Of a stretch of DNA of 64,000 nucleotides, positions 1 to 10,060 are shown piece after piece. The translations under genes and the position numbers were made by a program. Each line of letters begins with the position of its first letter. Position 1 is the stretch's first letter. The stretch is from Phycisphaerae bacterium (GTDB lineage Bacteria; Planctomycetota; Phycisphaerae; UBA1845; Fen-1342): assembly GCA_963675745.2 (NCBI GenBank), contig CAXXWX010000017.1, positions 32,001-96,000 of the forward strand. The letters run 5' to 3'. The notes beneath the pieces are model-generated. The model did no database searches and was not told the DNA's origin. It saw only the letters and a list, made by a program, of their open reading frames with translations.

Positions 1-2
1 AA

Positions 3-1043
3 GGGCCGCTTCAGCTAATCGGATGCACGTTCACCGACAATATCGCAGGTCTTGGCAATGGTGGCGCGTTGCATCACAGCGGGAGTTCACCTCTGATAGT
101 GGTAGAATGTTGTTTTCTGCATAATCTGGCGCCGCTGGGCGGCGGAGGCGCGATCTTCGATGAGGGCGATGCGCTGGATTCGAGTCTGATCAACTGCCGA
201 TTCGCTGGCAATTCTGCGGAGTTCGGCGGGGCAATCGTTCTTGGTGAGTTTCTGACGGGCGTGTCGTTTGTGAATTGTGTCCTTAGCGGCAACCGCGCTG
301 ATTCCCACGGCGGCGGGGTATATGCCTTTGGTGGCTGGTTGGGACTGGTCAACTGCACGTTCATCGCCAACGACGCAGTGGCAAATGGGGGTGGTATATA
401 CGCTGGCTCCGACGTCACGATCCGCAACTGCATCTTCTGGTCGAACGAGGACGCGGATGGCGTGGACGAATCGGCGCAGGTGCATGACCCAGGGTGCTGT
501 GGCGAGATCATCATCGCGCACACGTGTATTCATGGCTGGACGGGTGTCTTTGGCGGACCTGGAAGTCATGGTCAAGATCCGCTACTGATAGACGAGGTCG
601 GTGGTGATGGGATCCCCGGCACGAGTGACGAGGACCTTCGGCTATCTCCAGGTTCACCCTGCATCGACAGCGGCGATAACACAGCTATCCCGCCGGACTT
701 GTTCGACCTCGATGGCGATGGCGACACGAGCGAGGCGATGCCCTTTGATCTGGCTGGCCGGTCGAGGTTTATCGATGATCCAGCAACGCCGGACACCGGC
801 GCTGGCACACCACCAATTGTCGACATGGGCGCATACGAATTCCGATCGCACAGCTACGGTGACGTCAACTGCGACGGATGGGTCAACAATGGCGACATCG
901 ACGCTTTTGTATTTGCGTTGTCGTATCCAGAGCAGTACCCGACTGAGTACCCGGGATGTGACATAATGCTCGGTGACGTCAACGCTGACGGTTGGGTGAA
1001 TAACGGCGACATTGATGCGTTTGTCATGTTGCTCGGGCAATAA
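3..1043 (+). CDS. Secreted beta-helix (pectin lyase-like/polymorphic membrane repeat) protein with choice-of-anchor-Q-like region and C-terminal dockerin-like domain; 5' end lies outside the window
   Basis: Frame is open from base 3. GGA(I/V)/FxxN repeats, SPCIDSG...VDMGAYE motif, then GDVNCDGWVNNGDIDAFV...GDVNADGWVNNGDIDAFV. Confidence 0.85.
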   Translation, partial: GPLQLIGCTFTDNIAGLGNGGALHHSGSSPLIVVECCFLHNLAPLGGGGAIFDEGDALDSSLINCRFAGNSAEFGGAIVLGEFLTGVSFVNCVLSGNRADSHGGGVYAFGGWLGLVNCTFIANDAVANGGGIYAGSDVTIRNCIFWSNEDADGVDESAQVHDPGCCGEIIIAHTCIHGWTGVFGGPGSHGQDPLLIDEVGGDGIPGTSDEDLRLSPGSPCIDSGDNTAIPPDLFDLDGDGDTSEAMPFDLAGRSRFIDDPATPDTGAGTPPIVDMGAYEFRSHSYGDVNCDGWVNNGDIDAFVFALSYPEQYPTEYPGCDIMLGDVNADGWVNNGDIDAFVMLLGQ

Positions 1044-1061
1044 GGCAGGTCACGCGCACCG

Positions 1062-1273
1062 GTAGCGTTCGACGCCCGAGTCGGACGTTTTGTGCCAGCG
1101 CCGCGCTATCGCCGAAGCACGGCCGACTCGGGGGGGCGGCCGCTACGCATCAACGGCCGCCACGCATCACGGCCGCCACACATCAACGGCCGACTCCGGG
1201 GGATTGGGCCCGACGCTACAACGGCCGACTCAGGGGTCGGCCGCTACGCAACGACGGCCGGTACGGGGTCGGC
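1062..1273. repeat. Cluster of GTAG-type REP-like palindromes between convergent genes
   Basis: GTAGCGTTCGACGCCCGAGTCGGACGT at 1062-1088. Reverse-oriented ACGGCCGACTC..GGGG(T)CGGCCGCTAC at 1119-1146 and 1221-1247, plus degenerate copies. Confidence 0.75.
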
Positions 1274-1443
1274 GTATTTGGTGGTTGCGACGCGCTGATG
1301 ATGAAAGGGGCTGACGCCGATCTTGCTCGGCGCCAGCCCCTTTCAGTCGCGTGCCGGCCATCATTGATTGCCGGCTGAACATGTCTTGCCGTGTCGCCGC
1401 GGCGTTGCCGGATCGGCGGACGCCGCGGCCACATAGTTATTGA

Positions 1444-4400
1444 CTAAGCACGCCGGCCACGGCGCGTGCGGATCATGCCGATCACCGATAGTGCGATCAG
1501 CGACGCGCTGGTCAGACCACACAGTGACGGTGCCGGCGGCACGACGGGCGTATTCGGCTCGGCTTCGTCACAGGCGTCGCCGATGCCGTCGCCGTCCGAA
1601 TCGGCCTGGTCGGCGTTGGATACGTCGACGCAGTTGTCAGTGCAGTCAGGCACGCCGTCACCGTCGCTGTCGGTATCGGCGTTGCCGCAACCACAATCAC
1701 CGGCCGCGATCTTGGCGGGATCGTCTGGGCAGCCGTCGCAGGCGTCGCCCGTTCCATCGCCGTCCGCATCTGCCTGGTCGGCGTTTGCGGCATTCGGGCA
1801 ATTATCGCAAGCGTCGCCAAGGCCGTCACCATCAGCGTCGGCCTGACTCATGTTGGCGGTATTCGGGCAGTTGTCGCAAGCGTCGCCCACACCGTCGAGG
1901 TCGCCATCGGCCTGGTCGGCGTTAGCGTCGGCCGAGCAGTTGTCGCAGGCGTCGCCGACCGTGTCCGCATCCGCATCGGCCTGATCGGCGTTGTCGGCAT
2001 TGGGACAGTTGTCGCAGGCATCGCCAAGGCCGTCCGAGTCGGCGTCGACCTGATCACCGTTGGCAACGTCGGGGCAGTTGTCACAGAGGTCGCCGACATC
2101 GTCATTGTCGCCGTCGGCCTGGTCGGCGTTATCGTCGGTCGAGCAATTGTCACAGGCGTCGCCGAACGCGTCCGCGTCGCTGTTGAGCTGGTCTTCGTTC
2201 GCGACACTCACGCAGTTGTCACACACGTCGCCGACGCCGTCGTCATCGGCATCGGCCTGGTCGCTGTTACCCACCGTTGGGCAGTTGTCGAGGCAGTCTG
2301 GCGTGCCGTCATTGTCGGTGTCGAGCAGGTCATCCTCACCCGGACACACGTCACAAGCGTCGCCGACCGTATCGGCGTCGGCATCGGCCTGGTCGGGGTT
2401 CCAGCGTCGCGCGCAGTTGTCGACCTCATCGATCGCGCCGTCGCCGTCGATGTCGGTATCGAACGTGACCGGGATCGCCTGCAGGCTGACATAGTCGGCA
2501 TTCACGTTGATCACGCCGTGGAACGGCGGCGTGAAGTCGTCGCCGGTCGGCATGGTGGCCGTGATCGTTACCTGCTCGGAGCCGTTGGCGGCGAGAGTGG
2601 CGAACATGGTGTCGCTGAGTGTGACGTTGGCATCAGGAACGGTCGCGCCGTTTACGGTGGCGACGTAGTCGATCGAGATGTTGTCGAGCGAGACGTTGCC
2701 GCCGACCTCGCTGACCGTCAGCGTCGGCAGCGTGACGGTCGCGCCATCGGTGACCGCAACGAGAAACTCCTCCGGCGTTACCTGCATGGTGGGAATCTCG
2801 CGCAGGTCATCGTCGGCGAGCAGCGTGAAGCCATCAAGATTCGTGGCGTTGATCTGCGTACCGAGTTTCTGGCCGTCGGTAATGGCCCCGTCAAAGTCGA
2901 CGCTGGTGACGACCTCGCCGTCATCGGTGCCCTGAACCGCGACGTCATAATTTCCGTCACTGGTGCCGACCAGCTCAACCGTGTATGTGCCGGCCTCGGT
3001 GATCGGCAGGGTGATGATCTGGCGCAGCCCTTCGGCGACCGGTCCGGGCGTCCAGGCCACCTCTTCGCCTTCGGCGTCCACGAGGCGGAAGGTCGCTCCG
3101 GGAATCTCGATCTCGAGCGTATCCGGATCGGTGTCATAGTTGACGCCCACATGCCGTCCCATCGTGTCATACAGGTGCAGGTCGGCGTGTGAGGCGAGGA
3201 TGATTGACATCGTCAGGTCGGCCCCCGGCGGCAGGGTGCGCGTTTGCAGGGACAGGATCGCCCAGGCCGTTCGCATGTCGGTGCTGCCCCAGCTTCCGCC
3301 GCTTGACCAGTAACCAGAAACGTGCTGCCGGGCTTCCAGCCACGCGATCATGTCCGCGAACCAGTCGTGCGGGCCGAGCAAAACCTTGTTGCTCATGACC
3401 ATGGCCTTGGACAGCGTCAAGGCGTAGTAGTAGTTGTAGCCGACCATGTAATTGGCATCGTCGGCAAGCCACGCCATCGCCCGCACCACGCGCTCATCCG
3501 TCTCGGCCACGCCGCAGAGCCGGTGGCTCCACACGCCGGCGGCGGTCATCGTGCCGGTTGGGCTGGCGCTGGTGTAGCCGGTACCCCAGAGCGGGTTGTT
3601 GGGGTCTTCCACTTGTGTGAAGTTCAGGTAGCCGTTGACCGGATCGGCGAATCGCGCCGGGACGTTGGGGTCGGTCGTGAACGGCGTTGCCTGCCCCGCG
3701 GGCACGTAAGCGTTGGTCTCGAGCTCGTTGGCGATCGACTCGTATCCCATGATCGGCCACTGTGAGTTCGAGTTGTCCGGGCGATTGCCCACGCCGTAGC
3801 CCCAGCCGCCGTACCACGTGTTGGTCGGAACGTAGTTAGCGGCGTTGGGCCAGACGCACCCTTCATGGAACTGCGTACGGCGGAACCAGTTGTACATGTC
3901 GTACAGGTCGTCGTAGTAGTCCGAATTGTGCGTGGCGACCAACGGCAGCGCGCAAATCGAGGTGTGATAGGTGAAGTGTGCGTTGTAGCCGGACTCACCG
4001 CCGTCGACGGCCCCGCGGAGCTGCATGTTGGGCGTGACGCCGTCGCCCTGCATGGCGTCGTCATTCAGGCGTTTTTGCTGAAGGATGTACTGGATGCCGG
4101 CGGCCACGACCGGGTCGGACGCCTCGCGATAGCCATCGTTCAGCATTGCGAGAACAGCCATGGCGGTATCGGATGGGTTGCCGCTCCATGAACCGTCCGC
4201 GCGCGGGCGTGTGCGGAGGTAGTCGATACCGTTCTTGATCATGCGCTGTTGCTTGTTGAGCGCCAGCACCGGCCCGTAGAGATCGCGGATGCAGTGTTCG
4301 CTTCCGGTAAAGCTCTTGCGGCCTTTGAACAGCGCGCCGTCGAAGACGAAAATCGGATAAGCTGGATCGCCGGCCGCGTTTGTGTAGCCGCAGTCTTTGG

Positions 4401-5658
4401 CCAGATAGCTCCAGGCGATCCCGGGGAACTCGTGCGTCACCGCGGTTGGGAATGAGGCCAGATTATCGAACTCGCTCTGGGGCCCCGCATCGGAGTACGT
4501 CGCGAGCCGCGCGTTGAGTATGCGCGGACCGCCGTTGTAGCTGACCAGCGAGAAATTGCCGGCGTCGTGGAAGTTCTCGACCACGATGTCGTCCGAGACG
4601 GCCGTATTGAATCCGGCCGCGAAGGTGTCCGGCGTGTAAGACGCCCAGGCGGTGTCGAGCGTGGCGGTTGAGGCCTGGCCGATGGTCATGTTTCGCGCCG
4701 CCGTGCCATAGCGGACCGAGACGATCTCGGTGGCCAGCGACAATCCCAGTCCGGTCAGATTGGCCACGTTCAGATCGGTGGAGGGCGTCTCGCCGATGAA
4801 CACGAGGTTGGCAACCGCCGGATTGAACAGCGCGCGGCCCTCGACGTCATTCGGCGCGTGCGCATAAGCGTATGCGGCGGCTTCGCCGACGGCGGCGGCC
4901 ACGCCACCGTTGGTGGTATAGTCGTTTGCGGCGCTGGCCAGCCAAGTGACCTGATCATCGCCATTGGCCAGGAGGGCGAGCACCGCGGGATCAGTCGGCA
5001 GGCAGACCCAGGCCTGGTCCCATTCGCCGTCCGAGACATACGTGTAGGTGCTGCTGATGATGTGGTAGGTGTAGCGTTTGAAGTAGCGGTGGTGATAGGT
5101 GCCGCCATCCACCACGGTCTGGACGCTGTGGTACTCGTAGCGTCCGCCGGCGTCCACACCCTCGGTCATTGTCGGGAGAGGCGCGTCCTCGGTATCCGCC
5201 ACCGTCGTGTCCTGCGACTGAGCGACCGCATCGACCTGGATCGTCGTCGAACACTGCACGCGGTAGAGGCCGGGCGTGGTGATCACGAAGCTTCCGGTGG
5301 TCGTGCCCCAGGCGATGTAGCGGGTCTCAACCAGCGTGTTGCCGCTGAAGACCTCGACCAGGATATCGGGGTTGTACGTGGCGAACGTGTGCGGTGCGTA
5401 CGGGCCGGGGTAGGTGTAGCCCGACCAGTCGGCCGCGAACCCCTCGTTGGGGTCGCTGCGCTGATACACGGTGGAAGACAGCGGTGACCAAGAATTCGGA
5501 TCCTGGTCGTAGCGGAACGTGCCGATCGTGTCACCGATCTGGTTGACCACCGAGACATTGAGATTGCCGGCGCCCCAGGCCGTGGCGCCCATCACCGCCA
5601 CCAGCGGTAATGTCAGTAGTGCGGTTAAGACTCGCGATTGATGTAGTCTTCGACGCAT
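1444..5658 (-). CDS. Large secreted/surface protein: prenyltransferase/squalene-cyclase-like alpha-alpha barrel, thrombospondin type-3 repeats, C-terminal Cys-Gly + TM + basic tail
   Basis: AAGGAGG RBS before ATG 5658 and a signal peptide. QW-like repeats (YLRTRPRADGSW, GGWGY, WLEARQHVSGYW). Many DxDxDGxGDACDNCP repeats. C-terminus SLCG-hydrophobic-RTRRGRRA. Confidence 0.85.
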   Translation of the reverse strand: MRRRLHQSRVLTALLTLPLVAVMGATAWGAGNLNVSVVNQIGDTIGTFRYDQDPNSWSPLSSTVYQRSDPNEGFAADWSGYTYPGPYAPHTFATYNPDILVEVFSGNTLVETRYIAWGTTTGSFVITTPGLYRVQCSTTIQVDAVAQSQDTTVADTEDAPLPTMTEGVDAGGRYEYHSVQTVVDGGTYHHRYFKRYTYHIISSTYTYVSDGEWDQAWVCLPTDPAVLALLANGDDQVTWLASAANDYTTNGGVAAAVGEAAAYAYAHAPNDVEGRALFNPAVANLVFIGETPSTDLNVANLTGLGLSLATEIVSVRYGTAARNMTIGQASTATLDTAWASYTPDTFAAGFNTAVSDDIVVENFHDAGNFSLVSYNGGPRILNARLATYSDAGPQSEFDNLASFPTAVTHEFPGIAWSYLAKDCGYTNAAGDPAYPIFVFDGALFKGRKSFTGSEHCIRDLYGPVLALNKQQRMIKNGIDYLRTRPRADGSWSGNPSDTAMAVLAMLNDGYREASDPVVAAGIQYILQQKRLNDDAMQGDGVTPNMQLRGAVDGGESGYNAHFTYHTSICALPLVATHNSDYYDDLYDMYNWFRRTQFHEGCVWPNAANYVPTNTWYGGWGYGVGNRPDNSNSQWPIMGYESIANELETNAYVPAGQATPFTTDPNVPARFADPVNGYLNFTQVEDPNNPLWGTGYTSASPTGTMTAAGVWSHRLCGVAETDERVVRAMAWLADDANYMVGYNYYYALTLSKAMVMSNKVLLGPHDWFADMIAWLEARQHVSGYWSSGGSWGSTDMRTAWAILSLQTRTLPPGADLTMSIILASHADLHLYDTMGRHVGVNYDTDPDTLEIEIPGATFRLVDAEGEEVAWTPGPVAEGLRQIITLPITEAGTYTVELVGTSDGNYDVAVQGTDDGEVVTSVDFDGAITDGQKLGTQINATNLDGFTLLADDDLREIPTMQVTPEEFLVAVTDGATVTLPTLTVSEVGGNVSLDNISIDYVATVNGATVPDANVTLSDTMFATLAANGSEQVTITATMPTGDDFTPPFHGVINVNADYVSLQAIPVTFDTDIDGDGAIDEVDNCARRWNPDQADADADTVGDACDVCPGEDDLLDTDNDGTPDCLDNCPTVGNSDQADADDDGVGDVCDNCVSVANEDQLNSDADAFGDACDNCSTDDNADQADGDNDDVGDLCDNCPDVANGDQVDADSDGLGDACDNCPNADNADQADADADTVGDACDNCSADANADQADGDLDGVGDACDNCPNTANMSQADADGDGLGDACDNCPNAANADQADADGDGTGDACDGCPDDPAKIAAGDCGCGNADTDSDGDGVPDCTDNCVDVSNADQADSDGDGIGDACDEAEPNTPVVPPAPSLCGLTSASLIALSVIGMIRTRRGRRA

Positions 5659-6272
5659 CGGGCATCCTCCTTTTCCGAGCGTAATCTGCCGGGAAGCCCA
5701 GCAGTGCCCATCACGCATCGCGCCGGCACCGCTTCCCGCACATCTGCATGTCGTGTCAATACCCGGGGCAATCCGGCCCCACGCGAATTCCATCCCGCGC
5801 CTTCACCCACCGATGGCACGGATTTGGATTTCAGAAATGACTCGGAAATGGGCCCAGGCCCACGGACTGAAGCACGTTGTTTGGCCAAGGCCCCCAAAGC
5901 TCACACCCCTTTGTAACGCCGCGCGGTTGGCGCACACAGCGCGACAGCTTACCGCACGACCGAGTAAATCACGTCACACGTTGGCCCGACTACTGAAGTT
6001 TGCAATGACTCGCTCGCGAACGCAGCACATGGTCGGCCGGATCGTACCGACACAAAATCAGACGGGTACCCTACTAACCGACCATTCAGGATATCCGTTG
6101 CCATCGACCGATGCAAGATAACCGCCGTCGATGGCGCCGGCAGAAAAGCCGGGAACCGGTGGGCCGCATTCGGCGTCAAAGGAGAGCGGGCAACAGTGAT
6201 CTTGGGGGGCACGACTGTCATGGGGCGGCCGTGCCGTGATATGCTGAAACGCCGAAGACGGAGGTGTGGTCG

Positions 6273-7490
6273 ATGATTACGACACGTGAAACCGGTCTGG
6301 TTGTGACCCTGGTGCTGATGGGGGCGAATGCGATGGCTGCTGAAAAGGCGATCGACGGCGCCGAACTCGCGCGCGCCAACACGCAGTTTGCCGTGGAGCT
6401 TTACCAGCAACTGCGCGCCGAGCAGGGCAATCTGTGCTTCTCTCCATTCAGCATGTCGACGGCGCTGGGAATGACCTATGCCGGCGCTCGCGAGCAGACG
6501 GCCCGGGAGATGGCCCAAACGCTGCACTTCCCGGCCGATCACGAGCGGCTGCACCCGGCATTTGACGAGCTGTTGACGCGGCTTAAGGTGCCGGGCGGCG
6601 AACAGGGACCCGAGCTGTACCTGGCCAACGCGCTCTGGCCACAGCAGGAGTACGCGTTCCTACCCGCGTTCCTGGCGCTCGCAGATGAGCACTATCACGC
6701 GCAATCCACGGCGGTTGACTACGTCAACGCCAACGAGCAGGCCCGCCTGACAATCAATGAATGGGCCTCCGAGCAGACCAACGGGAAGATCAAGGATCTG
6801 CTGCGGCCGGGTATTCTCAACAAGCTCACGCGCCTGGTGCTGACCAACGCGATCTACTTCAAGGGCGATTGGGCGGCGCAGTTTGACGCCAAGCAGACGC
6901 GCGAAGCGCCGTTCAAGCTCGTGGACGCGGCCACGACGCAATGTCAACTCATGAACCAGACGGGAACCTATGGTTACCTCGAGCGGCCGGCGTTTGAGGC
7001 GGTCGAGTTGCCCTATGCGGGCGACCGGCTGTCATTTGTTGTCCTGCTGCCGCGCGCGCACGACGGCATCGCCAAACTCGAATCGACGCTGACCGGGGCC
7101 AAGCTCACCGAGTGGATCGGGGAGCTGCGGCCGCGGAAGGTAAAGCTCAGCCTGCCCCGCTTCAACGCCACGTCGGCTCTGCGGCTGGACAAAGTGCTGA
7201 TCAAGATGGGCATGCCGACGGCGTTTGATGCCAGCGGTGAGCGACCCGATTTCTCGGGCCTCGACGGTACACGCGACTTGTTTATTACCGCTGTCGTACA
7301 CAAGGCCTTCATGGAGATCAACGAGCAAGGCGCCGAGGCGGCGGCCGCAAGCGCCGTGGTGATAGGCAAGCGCTCCGCGCCCACGCCGCCGGCGGTCTTT
7401 TGCGCGGACCACCCGTTCATCTACCTGCTCCGCGATCGCCAGACGGGCACCATCCTCTTCCTCGGTCGGCTGATGGATCCGGGCGCATAG
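6273..7490 (+). CDS. Secreted serpin (serine protease inhibitor)
   Basis: NLCFSPFS, LVLTNAIYFKGDW, hinge EQGAEAAAAS, FCADHPFIYLLRD..GTILFLGR. GGAGGT RBS upstream. Confidence 0.95.
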   Translation: MITTRETGLVVTLVLMGANAMAAEKAIDGAELARANTQFAVELYQQLRAEQGNLCFSPFSMSTALGMTYAGAREQTAREMAQTLHFPADHERLHPAFDELLTRLKVPGGEQGPELYLANALWPQQEYAFLPAFLALADEHYHAQSTAVDYVNANEQARLTINEWASEQTNGKIKDLLRPGILNKLTRLVLTNAIYFKGDWAAQFDAKQTREAPFKLVDAATTQCQLMNQTGTYGYLERPAFEAVELPYAGDRLSFVVLLPRAHDGIAKLESTLTGAKLTEWIGELRPRKVKLSLPRFNATSALRLDKVLIKMGMPTAFDASGERPDFSGLDGTRDLFITAVVHKAFMEINEQGAEAAAASAVVIGKRSAPTPPAVFCADHPFIYLLRDRQTGTILFLGRLMDPGA

Positions 7491-7659
7491 CCGCGGTGCC
7501 GCTCAGTCGCCGGCGCCGCGCAGGCGAAGCGTAGGTCGAGTAGGGCAGGTCGAGCGCAGCGAGGCCTGCCGCTGAGAGCTATGCCCCGAGCAGAGGACCA
7601 TCGTGTCATGTCAGCTTGACAGGCTGGCCCGCTAGCCCCAGAATCGGCAAGCCACTTGA

Positions 7660-9810
7660 ATGAAGGGGTTTATTATGGCTGTCAAACAGATTGTCCGTCC
7701 GGTTCTGATGGTACTGGCGGGGTTTGGTGTGGCGCTGGACGCCTACGCCGACTGGGTCATGTTACGCGATGGCACGCGCATCGAAGACTGTTATGTGCGC
7801 GATGAGGGTGTGCGCCTGCTGGTGTGGGAGGATATGACCGACGTCGGCACCGAGCGCGTCCGTGTCGTGCCACGCTGGGAACTCGCCGATACTGAGCGGC
7901 CTTTCAAGGTAGAGCGCGACCCGGCGATCTGGGACAAGCAGCCACCACTGCCCGACCTGACGATCACGCACATCGAGCTGAGCCCGCGCTTGCCCGGTTT
8001 GCACGGCAAGGTTCCCTACGACAAATGGGGCCGGCCGAAAATCGCCGGCTCTTCGCGCTTTCACGAGCTCGAAGGCGAAGCGGCTTACATGGAGCCGGAG
8101 ACGATTGTCGGCGACGTCAAGTTCCGGTACGAGCCGGGACAAGAGATCACCATGATCGCTCATGTGCGCAACATCGGCTTCGCGACGGCCAAACCGTTCT
8201 CGTATGTCTGGATGATTGATGACGAGGAGCTGGCATGCGGCAAGTATGACAAGCCCTGTGCCGAGATGGAGATCGTCAAGTTCGAGCAGAAGTGGCGCTG
8301 GAAGGATGGCTTTCACCATGTCACGTTCCGGATTGAGGCCTTCGAGCCGGAAATCGCGACGATCAACAACGCGCTGAAAGATCCGCTCTGGGGCTTTGCG
8401 CTGACCTACGTCGTGAGCAGCGGCCGTGCCGCCGCCTGGCACGATTTTCGCTCCGCCTATGGCACGTTCTCGTTCGAGGACTTCTATCGCTGGCACATCG
8501 ATATCATGAACCTGCTGTTCGAAAAGAGCGTCTATCCGTCCACGCCGAACGGTATTAGAGCCCGCGTGCGCCTCGACCGGCTGATATACGCCGACAAGGT
8601 GCAGAACAACGTTCCGTGGGTGGACGGCAAGGAAGCGCCGCTGGGACGCGATGACGGGTTGCGCTACGACCAGGGTGGCTGGTTCTGGAACGACAGTGAC
8701 GAGGAGCTCACCACCGGCAAGTGGATTCAGGTCAACCCGGAGTGGCGCAACGCCACCGAATGGTCGTTGCCGCATGAGCTCGGCCACCAGTTGGGACTCG
8801 TTGATTGGTACGCACTCGATTTCCCCGGCGGTGACCGCCACGTGGCGGCGGACAATGGTGAGCCGATCGCGCATTTCATGCGGCATCCCGTGATGATGAT
8901 GCACTGGCACGGTCCGCAGGTTTACGGCGAAGTTGATGCGGCGTATCTGGATCAGACCTGGGACAAACCGCGCGGCTATTTTGGTGACATGTACTTCGCG
9001 ATGCCGCGCGAGTGTTATCTAAAGGTTGTGGATATCAACGGCGAGGGTGTGCCGGGCGCGCTGGTGGAGATCTTCCAACGCGGCACCAAGCTCGATCCGG
9101 ACGGCAAACCCGCGGTGGATCACGGCGTCAAGTACTTCCCGGTCATCGAAGACGGCGACTTCTACAGCGAGCAGGTGCAGCAGGTCACAAAGCAGCCGGT
9201 CATCGTGGGGACCACCGATGACGATGGCCTTCTTCGATTGCCCAATCGGCCGGTGAAAGAAGTACGCACGCTGAACGGCTACCATCGTCGGCCGAATCCG
9301 TTTGGAAACATGAATGTGGTCGGCCAGCGGCAGTTGATGATGGTCAGAGTCACAGAGCATGACCAGCCCTGCCACTTTTTCCTCGAGGGGCACGACTTCG
9401 TTGCCGCCTGGTATCGCGGTCACAAGGAGCGCTACACGACGCGGTTGCAGACGCCTTACGGGTCGGTGGACTCGCCGCCGCCGCCGGCGGACGTGCGGGT
9501 GACGCGGGTTGACGAACACCACGCCCGCGTCTCGTGGAGCCGTCCCGACATCGGCGGCGAATACAACGCCACCTATCTGCAGCAGCCGATCGGCTATCGC
9601 GTCTACCGACGTATCGGCAATGACGGGTTGAGTGATCGCCCGTGGTTCAGCGTGGGGACGGTCGGTCCGGAGACGTTCGAGCTGGTCATAGATCTGCGCG
9701 ATCAGCCCAAAGACTATTACTGGTTCTCAAAGGTAAACCGGATCGCGGTGTCCACACTGGCGGGGACATCCCGGCAGAGTGCGCTGAGCACGGCGGTGGT
9801 GTTGGAGTAG
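7660..9810 (+). CDS. Secreted putative zinc metalloprotease with CARDB-like and FN3-like domains
   Basis: Signal peptide. PDLTITHIELSP...AHVRNIG (CARDB-like), HELGHQLGLVD (HExxHxxGxxD) followed by a Met-rich segment, C-terminal VSW..P...GYRVYR. Confidence 0.7.
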   Translation: MKGFIMAVKQIVRPVLMVLAGFGVALDAYADWVMLRDGTRIEDCYVRDEGVRLLVWEDMTDVGTERVRVVPRWELADTERPFKVERDPAIWDKQPPLPDLTITHIELSPRLPGLHGKVPYDKWGRPKIAGSSRFHELEGEAAYMEPETIVGDVKFRYEPGQEITMIAHVRNIGFATAKPFSYVWMIDDEELACGKYDKPCAEMEIVKFEQKWRWKDGFHHVTFRIEAFEPEIATINNALKDPLWGFALTYVVSSGRAAAWHDFRSAYGTFSFEDFYRWHIDIMNLLFEKSVYPSTPNGIRARVRLDRLIYADKVQNNVPWVDGKEAPLGRDDGLRYDQGGWFWNDSDEELTTGKWIQVNPEWRNATEWSLPHELGHQLGLVDWYALDFPGGDRHVAADNGEPIAHFMRHPVMMMHWHGPQVYGEVDAAYLDQTWDKPRGYFGDMYFAMPRECYLKVVDINGEGVPGALVEIFQRGTKLDPDGKPAVDHGVKYFPVIEDGDFYSEQVQQVTKQPVIVGTTDDDGLLRLPNRPVKEVRTLNGYHRRPNPFGNMNVVGQRQLMMVRVTEHDQPCHFFLEGHDFVAAWYRGHKERYTTRLQTPYGSVDSPPPPADVRVTRVDEHHARVSWSRPDIGGEYNATYLQQPIGYRVYRRIGNDGLSDRPWFSVGTVGPETFELVIDLRDQPKDYYWFSKVNRIAVSTLAGTSRQSALSTAVVLE

Positions 9811-9865
9811 CCGCGCCAGTCGAGCGCTTGGAGGAATACCGGGTCAGCGCGTTCTTCCGTATTGC

Positions 9866-9948
9866 GCAGCGGCCGACCCCCGAGTCGACCGTGACGTCGA
9901 GAGACTTCTCGCGGGCTAAGCACGTCCGACTCGGGGGTCAGACGCTAC
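9866..9948. repeat. Inverted pair of REP-like palindromes (same family as 1062-1273)
   Basis: GCAGCGGCCGACCCCCGAGTCGACCGT at 9866-9892 and ACGTCCGACTCGGGGGTCAGACGCTAC at 9922-9948. Confidence 0.7.
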
Positions 9949-9976
9949 GGGCAAACGCAGTCTGCTCTAAACGCAA

Positions 9977-10007
9977 AGCGGCCGGCGCCGGTGAGACGCC
10001 GACCGCT
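9977..10007. terminator. Hairpin between convergent genes, possible bidirectional terminator
   Basis: AGCGG(C)CGGCG..CGCCG(A)CCGCT inverted repeat preceded by a short A run. Confidence 0.4.
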
Positions 10008-10060
10008 CTGCTTCATGGGATCGAGAGTGTTGGGCAATCTCGATAGGGGCCAAGCAGCGA

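Noticed and set aside
1062..1273. CRISPR array
   Set aside because: Repeats are degenerate and in mixed orientation, spacers are irregular and short, and no cas genes are present.
1540..2460. Repetitive DNA as a non-coding repeat array
   Set aside because: It is fully explained by the encoded thrombospondin type-3 repeats.
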